Below are positions 44,059-53,420 of a DNA stretch of 64,000 nt, piece after piece. Within the stretch, counting starts at the first letter, position 1. Each line of letters begins with the position of its first letter. This stretch comes from a virus: positions 1 to 64,000 of the IMG/VR virus record IMGVR_UViG_3300050821_007016; one strand, 5' to 3'. The position numbers were made by a program, and so were the translations under genes. The notes below the pieces were generated by a model. It saw nothing but the letters and a program-made list of their open reading frames with translations, was not told the origin of the DNA and made no database searches.

Positions 44059-44297
44059 GACGGCCTCACCACCCCGAACTCCAGCATCAGCGCCATCCAC
44101 TCGTCGCGGTTCGTGATGGCGTACTGGCGCTCGATGCGGGCCGCCTTGATCTCCGGCTTGAGCAGCTGGACCGTTTCAGGCCCCCTTCGGACCGTTCTGA
44201 CGGCCCCGAGCGGCCAGAACATCCACCACATCAGATTCGGGATGCTGTAGCCGTTCCGCATGAACCTCTGGTGCCGCGCGATCATATTTCTGCTCAT
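44055..44297 (-). CDS. Hypothetical protein
   Basis: Coupled ORF. Confidence 0.45.
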   Translation of the reverse strand: MSRNMIARHQRFMRNGYSIPNLMWWMFWPLGAVRTVRRGPETVQLLKPEIKAARIERQYAITNRDEWMALMLEFGVVRPS

Positions 44298-44464
44298 CCC
44301 CGGGCCTCACCCTTGTAGGACATCAGAGGCCGCTTCAGGATTGATCCGTCTTCCTGCGGGGGCTCCTCGTACCACCAAAAGCCAAGGCCATCAGTTTTCG
44401 CCTCGCCGTAGAAGCGACATTCGGGCCAACCTGGCAGGTGAAGGGATGGCTGCTTTGGTTTCAT
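44294..44464 (-). CDS. Hypothetical protein (56 aa)
   Basis: MKPKQPSLHLPGWPECRFYG...; ATGA overlaps at both ends. Confidence 0.45.
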   Translation of the reverse strand: MKPKQPSLHLPGWPECRFYGEAKTDGLGFWWYEEPPQEDGSILKRPLMSYKGEARG

Positions 44465-45111
44465 GTCGTGCTCCAGGCGAACGTGGTGGTCGGGCCGGCA
44501 TTTATCATCATCACCTGCTCGAAGCTGTAGTTGTACTCCTTGAGCAGCGCCAGCGCGGCCTCGCGAATCTTGATGGCTTTGCGGTTGTTAGCGATCGATT
44601 CCTCGGCCCTGGCAGCGCTCGTCTGCAGCGCCCGCGCGAGCGGGTCCTCTCCGTCGCCCTTGTGCTTGCGCTTGAGGCGCTCGACCATGCCGTGGGCCGT
44701 CTTGACGCAGCGCTCCAGATCGGAGCAGGCCTTCCTCGACTTGCCCAGCTCGTCCTGGATGCCGGCGGCCACCACACGCAGCACGTCGATCTTCTCCGGG
44801 TCCTTGCTCGGGTGGAAGCCGCTCTGCTGGAACTGCTGCACCAGCTGGTTGAGCGCCTCGGCGATCAGGCCCAGCGCCGCCGGCCGCGTCTGGTCCGGCT
44901 CGGGCTCCTCGGCCACGCCCGTGTCGTCAAACTTCTTGCGCTTGCCGCTGTTCGTAAGGATCGCGTAGGCCAGCGCCACCTTGGCGAAGGCTTCCTCGCT
45001 GCCCCCAGTGTCGGGGTGGGTCTCCATGCATCGCTTGCGGTAGGCGGCGCGGATCGCCGGCTTGCGCGCGTTCGGCTCCAGGCCCAGCTCCTCGTAGGGG
45101 TTCCAGGTCAT
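44461..45111 (-). CDS. J-domain (DnaJ-type) co-chaperone protein
   Basis: NPYEELGL...IRAAYRK...THPDTGG..EAF..V..AY.IL....KRKKFD. Confidence 0.85.
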   Translation of the reverse strand: MTWNPYEELGLEPNARKPAIRAAYRKRCMETHPDTGGSEEAFAKVALAYAILTNSGKRKKFDDTGVAEEPEPDQTRPAALGLIAEALNQLVQQFQQSGFHPSKDPEKIDVLRVVAAGIQDELGKSRKACSDLERCVKTAHGMVERLKRKHKGDGEDPLARALQTSAARAEESIANNRKAIKIREAALALLKEYNYSFEQVMMINAGPTTTFAWSTT

Positions 45112-45205
45112 TTGCTTCCCAATTTCCCTAACGCCCAAAAGAAAACGCAGACAGCTGCGGCCACACAAAACGCCATCCCTACGTCATGAAATGCCTGAGG
45201 CCAGG

Positions 45206-45646
45206 TCACGCGATCCTCCTCACCATCTGCTGGTATACCCGCGTCGCCGCGGCCGCGTCGTCTATCACGAGCACCTTGCCCTTGGCCGCCGCATCCACGA
45301 CCGGCTCGGGCGCCGGCATCGTCACCTTGATCGTCGAGAACGTCGGGTCCTGGTACGGTGCCAGGTTCTTCGCGAACGTCCCCGCCAGCTCCATGCCCTC
45401 CACGAACCGCTCATAGTCCAGCGGGTCGAACGGCTGGTTCATGTTGGCGGACGCCATCAGCTTGTTGTGGTGCCGCGCCGCGTAGTTCATCGCCAGCATC
45501 ATCAGCTCGTTGAGCACCTCGGTCGCCTTCTTCTGGCCCGAGCGCTTGATCGCTCCGACCTGCTCTGACGCCTCGCGCAGTTGGGCTATTGTTCGCTTGT
45601 TGAGCGAGCCCTTCTGGCGTCCGCCGTATCTGGTTCCCTTGGGCAC
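45206..45646 (-). CDS. Probable terminase small subunit
   Basis: GTG start; PKG.R.GGRQKGSLNKRT and AK.LAPYQ.P motifs; upstream of terL. Confidence 0.65.
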   Translation of the reverse strand: MPKGTRYGGRQKGSLNKRTIAQLREASEQVGAIKRSGQKKATEVLNELMMLAMNYAARHHNKLMASANMNQPFDPLDYERFVEGMELAGTFAKNLAPYQDPTFSTIKVTMPAPEPVVDAAAKGKVLVIDDAAAATRVYQQMVRRIA

Positions 45647-46011
45647 TAAATTAGTCTCGAATAGCCGGGCGGCGGCGGGATGACGCGCAGCACCCCTGTT
45701 TGCTCGATCGCCTCCATGAACATGCCGGCGATGATTGATCCTGGCTCCAGGGCCTTCTTGAATATTGAGATGTCTGTGGGGCGGTCGCATACAGGTCTGA
45801 ACGCCCATGCTCCGAAGGCCATCTCAGCGTCGCAGTCCAGGTACTTGCGGGGCTGGTTCTTGATCTCGTAGAACCGCAGGTATGGCTTGCCGTCGACCTC
45901 ATGGATGGTGCGAATGGTGTAGACGACGCCGAAGCTCGGAGTGATCTCGCCGTTTATGGACACCCACCTGATGTCGCGGACTTGCGTCACCTTCTGACCG
46001 ATCCTCAGCAT
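45646..46011 (-). CDS. Hypothetical phage protein
   Basis: RIGQKV...G.VYTIR...FRPV..R.TDISIF. Confidence 0.6.
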   Translation of the reverse strand: MLRIGQKVTQVRDIRWVSINGEITPSFGVVYTIRTIHEVDGKPYLRFYEIKNQPRKYLDCDAEMAFGAWAFRPVCDRPTDISIFKKALEPGSIIAGMFMEAIEQTGVLRVIPPPPGYSRLI

Positions 46012-46241
46012 CTGGTAAGAGCCTCGTCTACGTGATGTTTGGTGATACCGCCATTGTCGGCAAACCACTCCCAAGAACCGGGCTTGAGAAGCCCCAAGCG
46101 CTCGCACCGCAAAACAAGCTGTTTCGGCGTGGTCCCGTCCATACGAGCCAAGGCAATGGCCATCCTACGGGTGAATTTGTCGCTACCCTCTATATGTTTT
46201 TTGAAGGCGGCGGCCAGTGAATCCATATCCATCATACTCAC
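46005..46241 (-). CDS. Hypothetical protein
   Basis: ORF track; coupled. Confidence 0.5.
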   Translation of the reverse strand: MSMMDMDSLAAAFKKHIEGSDKFTRRMAIALARMDGTTPKQLVLRCERLGLLKPGSWEWFADNGGITKHHVDEALTRC

Positions 46242-47290
46242 GCACCGCCTCCAGATTTATCAACGGATTGGCCATGTGCCGGAGCCACGGTGCGGGAATT
46301 CCACATTTCGACCGACTTCGCTTTACTATCAGTCGACGGAGGCGGCAGAAGCCGCTTCGCCAGCAGCTTATTGATAATCATGCAGGCTATGCTGTTAGAT
46401 GTCGCTTCGGCAGCCCGGCCAGCGTTGATCAGGTCCTTGAGATTGCAAAGCAGATCGTCCCATGCCGGCTCTTTGGCGGTCCTATCAGTCGATGCAACAG
46501 GTATGAGAGCCAAAACATCGCGGGCGGCATGGCGCACGTTGCTGTAAGTGGTGCCTCCCGCGAGGGCATTAGCGATCGCGTTATGGATAGCGTTCTCGGT
46601 CGGAGCGTGGCGTTGGGCAATAGCGCCCACCTCCTGAAAGATGCCTTCGATAGTTTCGTCATCGCTTAGGAAGTCATCTTTGAACAGGCGCAGGAGTTCT
46701 TTCAGCTTCGGGCGCGCATCCTCTTGTGCCGGTGTTTGGGCACGAAGTCTCTGTAACTCGTCGTCCATCTCTGCGATCTTGTCCGCTTGATGTATAAGTT
46801 GCTGCGTTAACTGAGCGACGGACGTTGATTGGGCAGGAGCAGCGAACCGCCCGAACTCTCGGAACATCGCTTTCAGTTCCTCAGTTGGCGCGGGAGGATT
46901 TTCGCAAGTCTCAATGAACTTATCGAATGCCTCCCGCGAGATGACCGTGTTGTGTTGTTGGGCAGGAAAGCCGAGGGCGGCGTTAATCGCGTCAAGCAGC
47001 CACTTCCGATCATCCTCAGTGGCCGGCCGGCGAAAATGCAGTTGGATTATTCTGTCGTCCTCAGTCGAGCCTGACATAGCTTTGAGGTCAGGAGGGCCGC
47101 CGACCAAATAGGTGTCCTGCACTGGCTGGGCGTGTCCTTGGGCAACACAGAGCCGATCATATTCGGCCAGTAGAACTTTGATGTCGTCGAACGGGCTATG
47201 ATCGCCGAATTCTAGCGTGGGATCGTCCCCAGTCACGGAGGCGCGCAGGCGGCGGATCGCTTCGTGTTCTGTTGCAGGGGAAGTCAGCAT
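46238..47290 (-). CDS. Mosaic hypothetical protein (lower GC)
   Basis: Start ATG 47290 with GGGAG RBS; segments joined by PAQ/STD-type linkers. Confidence 0.55.
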   Translation of the reverse strand: MLTSPATEHEAIRRLRASVTGDDPTLEFGDHSPFDDIKVLLAEYDRLCVAQGHAQPVQDTYLVGGPPDLKAMSGSTEDDRIIQLHFRRPATEDDRKWLLDAINAALGFPAQQHNTVISREAFDKFIETCENPPAPTEELKAMFREFGRFAAPAQSTSVAQLTQQLIHQADKIAEMDDELQRLRAQTPAQEDARPKLKELLRLFKDDFLSDDETIEGIFQEVGAIAQRHAPTENAIHNAIANALAGGTTYSNVRHAARDVLALIPVASTDRTAKEPAWDDLLCNLKDLINAGRAAEATSNSIACMIINKLLAKRLLPPPSTDSKAKSVEMWNSRTVAPAHGQSVDKSGGGA

Positions 47291-47754
47291 TCGATGCTCC
47301 CTTCGTCGGTCTTCTTCAGCAAACTCCGCAGCGGGTCCGCCATCGGCGTCGATGGCCGTTCTGGTTGGCGCAGGCCTCGCGCTCTCTTCTGGCGCTTGCG
47401 AGCCTCGGCCCTGCGCTGCTTGCGGGCTCCGTCGAGCCACCAGCCGGGGTTATCAGCCATGAACTCCTCCCACTCCGCCGCCGTGCGATCGGCCTTGACC
47501 ATGTTGCAGACCCGGCAGCAGACCAGCGTGCGCGTCCCGCCCTTCGAGCGCGGGACCGGGTGGTGGTCCCTGGTCGGGCAGATGTCGACGTGGTCGACGC
47601 TCATCGGGCGCTCGCAGTAGGGGCATGGCTTGCCGTCGTGCTGCCTGTGGCGCTTCAGGTAGGCCTTGCTGCCGATCATCATGGAATCCCCCGCTCGATC
47701 GCAGGATAAGCGAGCGGGCGCCGGCGGGCAAGCTTGTGAACAATTGTCGATCAT
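47284..47754 (-). CDS. HNH endonuclease
   Basis: CPYC...TRDHHPVPRSKGG...CCRVCN..K. Confidence 0.8.
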   Translation of the reverse strand: MIDNCSQACPPAPARLSCDRAGDSMMIGSKAYLKRHRQHDGKPCPYCERPMSVDHVDICPTRDHHPVPRSKGGTRTLVCCRVCNMVKADRTAAEWEEFMADNPGWWLDGARKQRRAEARKRQKRARGLRQPERPSTPMADPLRSLLKKTDEGSIEC

Positions 47755-47927
47755 GGCCGTTCCACTATGATGATCCGCTCATTCCTTAAAAACTCGGTTC
47801 GGCCATCCTCGAATTTTACTTCTGTTTTTCCCAATCGAAGAACATTCGGAATTGCAAAAACGACTTTCTGCCCATCGATCCTGTCGCCCGGAAGCACCCT
47901 GTCAGCTCTGGTCGTCATCTTTGTCAT
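47751..47927 (-). CDS. Hypothetical protein (58 aa)
   Basis: ATGA overlaps at both ends. Confidence 0.45.
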   Translation of the reverse strand: MTKMTTRADRVLPGDRIDGQKVVFAIPNVLRLGKTEVKFEDGRTEFLRNERIIIVERP

Positions 47928-48109
47928 AGCGCACCCACCAACCAGCTGAGCGCGAGGCAGGCGAGCGCGATCATGACCAGCTCGGCCCCGCCGCTATGAT
48001 CCGTCAGGTACGACAGGATGCCGAGCACGCCGCACATGATGCCAAGCGGGATAAGCAAGAGCCACGCGATCATGCGGGCGATGTCGACGGTTAGGATGAT
48101 GACGTCCAT
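47924..48109 (-). CDS. Small two-TM membrane protein
   Basis: GGAG RBS; hydrophobic; first gene of the leftward late unit. Confidence 0.5.
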   Translation of the reverse strand: MDVIILTVDIARMIAWLLLIPLGIMCGVLGILSYLTDHSGGAELVMIALACLALSWLVGAL

Positions 48110-48145
48110 GTACCACTCCGTAACATTCCGACTCGACCTTTTATA

Positions 48146-48195
48146 GAAAAAAGTTCCTAAGCGCCACTGGACAAACCTGGCCGTGGCGGTAAAGG
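48146..48195 (+). promoter_or_regulatory. Operator-like repeat (GAAAAAAGTTCCTAAG) plus TGGACA...TAAAGGT promoter-like element
   Basis: Lies in the divergent gap 48109/48225; matches the 57785-57819 element. Confidence 0.6.
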
Positions 48196-48224
48196 TGGCG
48201 CCCCCAGCGGGAGAGGCATCACAA

Positions 48225-48611
48225 ATGATTTCCAACCACAAGATTCTCCGCATGACCTTCGCGCAGCGTTCCCTTCTCATGCTGCACATCGACGGCGCGC
48301 TCGTGCCGATCATCGCCGGAGAGCACGTCAAGTCTCGCGCGGTGCTCACCGCGTACCATCTGATCGAACCGGCGACGCGCCACTCCCGCCCGACCCACTC
48401 GATCGCCACCTGCGCCGGGCGCCACGCGATCGCCGTCCTGCTCGCAGCCGCGGCCGAGGAGCTGGCCCGGGCCGGCTACCTGGAGCTGGCGCCGAACGAG
48501 CCGGTGCTGGAGACCCTGCGGCGCTGGAAGGCTGCCCGGGTGGGCAAAACCGGCCCGGTCGGAGCCGAAACCGTCCAGTTTGGCGTATTGAGCCCCGAAA
48601 AGGGCGGCTGA
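48225..48611 (+). CDS. Hypothetical protein (possible wHTH)
   Basis: GGAGAGG RBS; T.AQR.LL...T.AGR pattern. Confidence 0.55.
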   Translation: MISNHKILRMTFAQRSLLMLHIDGALVPIIAGEHVKSRAVLTAYHLIEPATRHSRPTHSIATCAGRHAIAVLLAAAAEELARAGYLELAPNEPVLETLRRWKAARVGKTGPVGAETVQFGVLSPEKGG

Positions 48612-48674
48612 CCCACCCCACAATTCAGTGGACATCTAGCCGAAACCACGCATTTATTGTCCTGCGATTTGGCG

Positions 48675-48687
48675 ACTTTTTTCCCCA
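48675..48687 (-). promoter_or_regulatory. Operator-like repeat TGGGGAAAAAAGT
   Basis: Between a TGGACA box (48629) and the DUF932 start. Confidence 0.6.
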
Positions 48688-48734
48688 GATCGGCCCGGCG
48701 GCAATTAAGCCTTCCGGCCCAGCAGGAGATACCC

Positions 48735-49946
48735 ATGCTAGACGTCACCAAGAGCAGCGAAACCAGCACGGCCTACCGAGTCGACCCGACCCGCGGCGGC
48801 CACAACGGCGAGGTCTCGATGCAATGGATGGCCCGCCCCGCGGACCAGCGATTCCTCTCCCTCGATGACCTCCACGACTACAAGCGCCAGTTCTGGATGG
48901 GCGCTTTCCAGACCAGAGCCAAGACCGACGCCTTCGAACTGATCGCCCCGGAGATCAAGGAGCAGGCGGACCTGCACCGCCTCACGGTCGGAGTCACCGT
49001 CGACCTCGGCGACACCAAGGACGCCCGCGAGATCGCGCCGACGCACTGGGCCTTCGGCCAGCTCGCCGGCCTCGCGAAGTCCCCGGCCTCCTTCCTCCGC
49101 GAATTGCCTAGCCCGCTCGTCAGCGACGTGCTGACCTGGAGGCTTCGCCATGCGCGCGAGATCGAGGAGGTGAAGTTATATGGCGGCTCCACCGAGCTAT
49201 ACGCGGCGACCGGCCCCGACTACGGCCGCATCCCCGACTTCGAGGTGGTGGAGGCGGTGCGGCAGGTCGCGGGCAGCGGCCGCGGCGAGATGCGCTGGAA
49301 GATTCCCGGCGTGCTCGACTGGAACACCAACATGTACAACCCCGACGCGCCGGTCACCAAGGACTCGACCAGCCTCTACGCTTCGGATCGGGACGTCTTC
49401 ATGTTCCTCGTCGACGATCGCAACCCGATCGAGGTCGGCAAGCTGGCGTCCGGCGAGCCCGATTTGATGTTCAGGGGTTTCTACATCCAGAACAGCGAGA
49501 TGGGATCGCGCAGCCTCAAATTGGCGTGCTTCTATCTCCGCGCGGTCTGCATGAACCGCAACCTCTGGGGCGTCGAGAACTTCGACGAGATCAAGATCAA
49601 CCACACGCGGCTCGCCCCGGATCGCTGGCTGCAGCAGGCGGTCCCCGCGCTCAACTCCTACGCCAGCGGGTCTTCGGACAAGCTGATCGAGGGCGTCAAG
49701 CTGGCGAAGGCGACGAAGGTCGCCGACGACCATGAGAAGGCCGTCGAGTTCCTCACTGCCCGCAAGTTCTCCCTATCGAAGGCCAAGTCGATCTTGGAGC
49801 AGGGCGAGAAGGAGGAAGGCCACCCGCCGCGCTCGGCTTGGGATTTTGCTCAAGCCATTACTGCCAATGCCCGCAACGCCCTGAACACCGACGACCGGCT
49901 GGAGCAGGAGAAGCAGGCCCAGGCGATCCTCGACAAGGTCGCCTAG
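48735..49946 (+). CDS. DUF932-family protein
   Basis: AGGAG RBS; QWMARPADQRFLSL, PTHWAFGQLA, TGPDYGRI, LYASDRDVF.FLVD, FRGF...NSE.G, VCMNRNLWG. Confidence 0.85.
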   Translation: MLDVTKSSETSTAYRVDPTRGGHNGEVSMQWMARPADQRFLSLDDLHDYKRQFWMGAFQTRAKTDAFELIAPEIKEQADLHRLTVGVTVDLGDTKDAREIAPTHWAFGQLAGLAKSPASFLRELPSPLVSDVLTWRLRHAREIEEVKLYGGSTELYAATGPDYGRIPDFEVVEAVRQVAGSGRGEMRWKIPGVLDWNTNMYNPDAPVTKDSTSLYASDRDVFMFLVDDRNPIEVGKLASGEPDLMFRGFYIQNSEMGSRSLKLACFYLRAVCMNRNLWGVENFDEIKINHTRLAPDRWLQQAVPALNSYASGSSDKLIEGVKLAKATKVADDHEKAVEFLTARKFSLSKAKSILEQGEKEEGHPPRSAWDFAQAITANARNALNTDDRLEQEKQAQAILDKVA

Positions 49947-49964
49947 TTTCAACCCCCAAACTCG

Positions 49965-49992
49965 GCGCCCGCTTCGGCGGGCGCTAATTTTT
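49965..49992 (+). terminator. Intrinsic terminator
   Basis: GCGCCCGC-TTCG-GCGGGCGC then TAATTTTT. Confidence 0.8.
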
Positions 49993-50009
49993 CAAAAGGA
50001 GGTTTAGCA

Positions 50010-50519
50010 GTGACGCTGAGGATCGAATGCGCGGCCGAGGGCTTCTTCTCAATCAAGCTGCGCGAGGTCGAGATCGAGACCGCCCCCCACACGGGGCGGA
50101 CCTACTACATCCACGGCGGCCGGATCATCGCCGTCGCAACCAGGGAAGAGAACGATGACGAACCAGAAACTAGATCAAGCGTTGGCCTTCCTGCAGGGCC
50201 GAAAGCTGGACGCGATGCTACTCGGGCCGGCCGATCGGATCACGGAGAACCAGAGCGTAAGCGATCAGGCGGTCGAATTGTTGGAGCAGATGCTTCCGGG
50301 CCAGAAACTCATGGTGGCGGACGGATTGCCGCCCACCGCGATCATCGCCCCGGAGGAGAGGAAGAACGCGTGGAAAGGCAAGCGGCCTCGACCCACGCAC
50401 TCGATGCACTTCGAACAATCTTCGAAGAAGGAGGAGGACCCGGCGACCAGAAAGCTCCGCAAGGAGCTGGCCGACGCGGAGGCGAAGAAGAAGGCCGAGC
50501 GCTTAGCGCGGCTGAATGA
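50010..50519 (+). CDS. Hypothetical protein (3' two-thirds overlaps the next gene)
   Basis: Strong AAAGGAGG RBS; only the first ~50 aa look protein-like. Confidence 0.35.
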   Translation: MTLRIECAAEGFFSIKLREVEIETAPHTGRTYYIHGGRIIAVATREENDDEPETRSSVGLPAGPKAGRDATRAGRSDHGEPERKRSGGRIVGADASGPETHGGGRIAAHRDHRPGGEEERVERQAASTHALDALRTIFEEGGGPGDQKAPQGAGRRGGEEEGRALSAAE

Positions 50520-50907
50520 ACTCAAACAGGCGGCCAAGGCTGCCGCAACCCCGAAGGAGAGTACCATGAGTGCTGCTACCCACCACACCACCACGAAGGC
50601 CGATCAGGTGAAGGCCTTGCGCGTCAAGCGGGCGACGACCAAGGCCGCACCCAAGAAGGCCGCACCGGCGAAGCCGGCTAAGGCCAAGCAGACCGCAAAG
50701 GCGATCCCAGGCATCCGTCCTGGTTCCAAGTTGGAAATTGTGGCCGGCCTGTTGACCCGCAAGGAGGGTTGCACCACGGCCGACGTCCTCAAGGCCACCG
50801 ACTGGCCGGCGGTCTCGATGCCGCAAATGGCGAAGTCGGCCGGGCTGAAGCTCCGCAAGGAGAAGGCCAAAGGGGAACCCACCCGGTATTATGGGACGGC
50901 GGCTTAG
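50155..50907 (+). CDS. Lys/Ala-rich protein with C-terminal DUF3489-like wHTH
   Basis: RPGSKLEIVAGLLTRKEGCTTADVLKATDW...GLKL...TRYY; internal AAGGAG-ATG start at 50566. Confidence 0.7.
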   Translation: MTNQKLDQALAFLQGRKLDAMLLGPADRITENQSVSDQAVELLEQMLPGQKLMVADGLPPTAIIAPEERKNAWKGKRPRPTHSMHFEQSSKKEEDPATRKLRKELADAEAKKKAERLARLNELKQAAKAAATPKESTMSAATHHTTTKADQVKALRVKRATTKAAPKKAAPAKPAKAKQTAKAIPGIRPGSKLEIVAGLLTRKEGCTTADVLKATDWPAVSMPQMAKSAGLKLRKEKAKGEPTRYYGTAA

Positions 50908-50932
50908 GAGGCTCGCTGGTGCGTTTAGAATG

Positions 50933-50960
50933 GCCGGGGCTAGGTGGCCCCGGCTTTTTC
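50933..50960 (+). terminator. Intrinsic terminator at a convergent junction
   Basis: GCCGGGGCT-AGGT-GGCCCCGGC then TTTTTCGTT. Confidence 0.8.
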
Positions 50961-51293
50961 GTTCGGGCGCACGTACAGCCAGCGCCGCTCGATAGGGCGG
51001 CCTTCCACGCTGGCCCGATTGATACCCTGGAGCATCCCCTGGCTGATCCCCCGGTCGCAATAAACCACCGTCGCCTCGGCGGCGATCCCCCAGGCCAGCC
51101 CAGCCTCAATCCCGAGCGCGCGCTCCTCGGGCCGGGCGTCGTCAAGAATCCCCGGCCACAAGAGGTGACTCGCGAGTGGGCTTTCGTTTCGCAGCAGGCT
51201 GTCGAGCATCGCCTCCCGCGCGTACTGCTTGTTTCGTTCCGTTTCCATTGGCGTGCTGCCGCGAAACGGCGACTCGAGGATTACGCGTCGCAT
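50940..51293 (-). CDS. Nucleoside deoxyribosyltransferase-like fold protein
   Basis: VILESPFRG...N..YAR....DSL.R.E.P.ASHLL....LDD..PEER..GI.AG..W.......VY.DRGIS.GM. Confidence 0.7.
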   Translation of the reverse strand: MRRVILESPFRGSTPMETERNKQYAREAMLDSLLRNESPLASHLLWPGILDDARPEERALGIEAGLAWGIAAEATVVYCDRGISQGMLQGINRASVEGRPIERRWLYVRPNEKAGAT

Positions 51294-52599
51294 CCTTGCC
51301 TCCCTTTCGTGCTTTGGTGATCTCGGCGAACGTGCGGCCATCGCCGGCCAGGACAGCTTCGGCCTTGGCGAAGGTCTGCCAGCGCTCGATGCAGACGTCG
51401 ACATAAGCCGGGTTGATCTCGATCGCGATCGCGTAGCGGTTCATCATCTCGGCTGCGATGATCGTGGTGCCGCTGCCGGCGAATGGCTCATAGACATAGT
51501 TGCCGGGCTTGCTGTTGTTCTGGATCGGGCGGCGCATGCACTCGATCGGCTTTTGGGTGCTGTGGCCTGTCTCCGAAGCCCGGTGTTCGATGTCCCACAT
51601 CGTAGTCTGCTTGCGATCTCCGGACCACGCGCCCGTGGCGCCTTTGCGAACCAGATACCAGCACGGCTCGTGAGCCCAATGGTAGTCGCCTCGGCCGATG
51701 ACCATCCGTCCTTTATTCCAGATAATCTGAGCGCGGACCTCGAAGCCCACAGATCGAAAAGAAAGATCGACGCTGCTGGCATGCCGACCGGCATGCCAGC
51801 AGTAAGCGACGTTGCCAGGAAACAGACTCCATGCCTCTCGCCAGTCCGATTGATCGTCGTTCTCGACTTTTCCGATCGCTCTCGCGCCGATTGGCTTGTC
51901 CGCTTTCCCGCTTCTTAGACGCTGAAAACCCCCATTGAGTGTTCGGCCGGCTTCGTTGCGCCAGTTTGCATCATACTCAACGCCATAGGGAGGATCGGTC
52001 ACCATCAGATGCGGCTTCTTGCCATCCAGCACGCGCTCGACGTCCTCGGTCTTGGTGCTGTCGCCGCATAAGATCCGATGCTTGCCCAGCTGCCACAGAT
52101 CGCCGACGCGGCTGATTGGTTTGACCGGCGGCTCCGGCGTGGCTTCGGGATCGGCGCCGTTCGGCACCGACAGAAACGATACCAGTTGCACATCATCGAA
52201 GCCGAGCAGCGGCATTTCGTAGCCGGCCAGCGACAGCTCGCTCAGTTCAATCCGCAGCAATTCTGGTGACCATGTCGACAGCAGCGCATAGCTGTTGTCC
52301 TTGATCCGATAGGCCCGCTTCTGCTCCTCGCTCCAGCCGCGCGCCACTACGACCGGGTATTTCGCGAAAGCATTTTTCTCCGCGGCCAGCCGGCGGCCGT
52401 GGCCGTAGATGATCACGCCTTCCTCATCGACCAGGATCGGCGAGGTAACGCCGTCGTCCTTCATCGAGCCCGCGATCAGATCGACCTGCTCTGGCGAATG
52501 CTGCCGCGGATTCCCGGGATACGGGATGATGCGCTCCAGCGCCCACAGCTCGGTCTTTGACGCAGGCCACGACTCTTCCATCGCCTTCGGTTTTTTCAC
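51142..52599 (-). CDS. ParB-N domain plus N6/N4 DNA methyltransferase
   Basis: PYPGNPRQH...PILVD...GHGR..AA; WQLGKHRILCGDS; TDPPY; HSTQKP; EPFAGSGTT. Start re-called to GTG 52599. Confidence 0.92.
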   Translation of the reverse strand: MKKPKAMEESWPASKTELWALERIIPYPGNPRQHSPEQVDLIAGSMKDDGVTSPILVDEEGVIIYGHGRRLAAEKNAFAKYPVVVARGWSEEQKRAYRIKDNSYALLSTWSPELLRIELSELSLAGYEMPLLGFDDVQLVSFLSVPNGADPEATPEPPVKPISRVGDLWQLGKHRILCGDSTKTEDVERVLDGKKPHLMVTDPPYGVEYDANWRNEAGRTLNGGFQRLRSGKADKPIGARAIGKVENDDQSDWREAWSLFPGNVAYCWHAGRHASSVDLSFRSVGFEVRAQIIWNKGRMVIGRGDYHWAHEPCWYLVRKGATGAWSGDRKQTTMWDIEHRASETGHSTQKPIECMRRPIQNNSKPGNYVYEPFAGSGTTIIAAEMMNRYAIAIEINPAYVDVCIERWQTFAKAEAVLAGDGRTFAEITKARKGGKDATRNPRVAVSRQHANGNGTKQAVRAGGDARQPAAKRKPTRESPLVAGDS

Positions 52600-52788
52600 A
52601 GCGGATACCTCTGCGCGGAGTAATAGACCCTCGGCTTGCGCCGCCTCGGTGGCTTGTAGCTCATCAGGATAGCGCCGCGTCGCGCCAAGAGTAGAAGTGC
52701 AGGTCATCACGAAAAACGACCAAACGACCATCCTCAACATCATATGCCGCGCGATAACCGCGAACAATTGCAATCAATTTCCACAACA

Positions 52789-53232
52789 TCAGAACCCCTC
52801 CTTGAGTGACTCGGCCGCGTGCTCCTCGCGGGTCTTGCGCGGAGACATTTGCCATTTGCGAGAGTCTACGTCGTAAACTAGCGACCGCTTGCCCTCGACC
52901 TCCTCGATCCGCCAGCCGAGCGACAGCATCAGCGAGAGCGAGACCGCCATTTCGGTCGCCGGCGGCTCCAGCCCAGCCCTCTTGTACTCGTCGATCAGCG
53001 CCATCTTGTTCGCCCGCATCGTGTGCTCCGTCGCCCTGGCGCGGGCTTCGGCCTCGCGCTTCGTCTCCTGCTCGTCCAGCTCGGCCATCCGCTCCTTGAA
53101 GCCGGCGTGCGCCACCTCGATCCGCGCGATCAGGTCAGCGCGGTCCTCCTCCTCGGGAAACTCCAGCGCGCGCTCGTAGCGCTTCCTGCGCTGGACCTTG
53201 TCGTACTCGGTCTCAAGGCCGTCGCGCTTCAT
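52789..53232 (-). CDS. Hypothetical coiled-coil protein
   Basis: ORF track; coupled. Confidence 0.55.
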   Translation of the reverse strand: MKRDGLETEYDKVQRRKRYERALEFPEEEDRADLIARIEVAHAGFKERMAELDEQETKREAEARARATEHTMRANKMALIDEYKRAGLEPPATEMAVSLSLMLSLGWRIEEVEGKRSLVYDVDSRKWQMSPRKTREEHAAESLKEGF

Positions 53233-53420
53233 CTTGCGAAACTCGACGACTCGTGGCCGCGCTTGCCGCGCCTGTGGCGATCGACCGCGGCCTTCTTGAT
53301 CGGCCTGATGTTTCCCTCGCTCGTGGCGATGGCTCGCTTCAATTGCCGAACCGAACGGTTGTCGCGCAGCGAACGGTCAATTATCTTTTTCATTTGATGC
53401 CTCCTCTTAGGTTCATCCAC
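53229..53420 (-). CDS. Small basic hypothetical protein
   Basis: GAGGAGG RBS before the internal ATG. Confidence 0.45.
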   Translation of the reverse strand: MDEPKRRHQMKKIIDRSLRDNRSVRQLKRAIATSEGNIRPIKKAAVDRHRRGKRGHESSSFAR

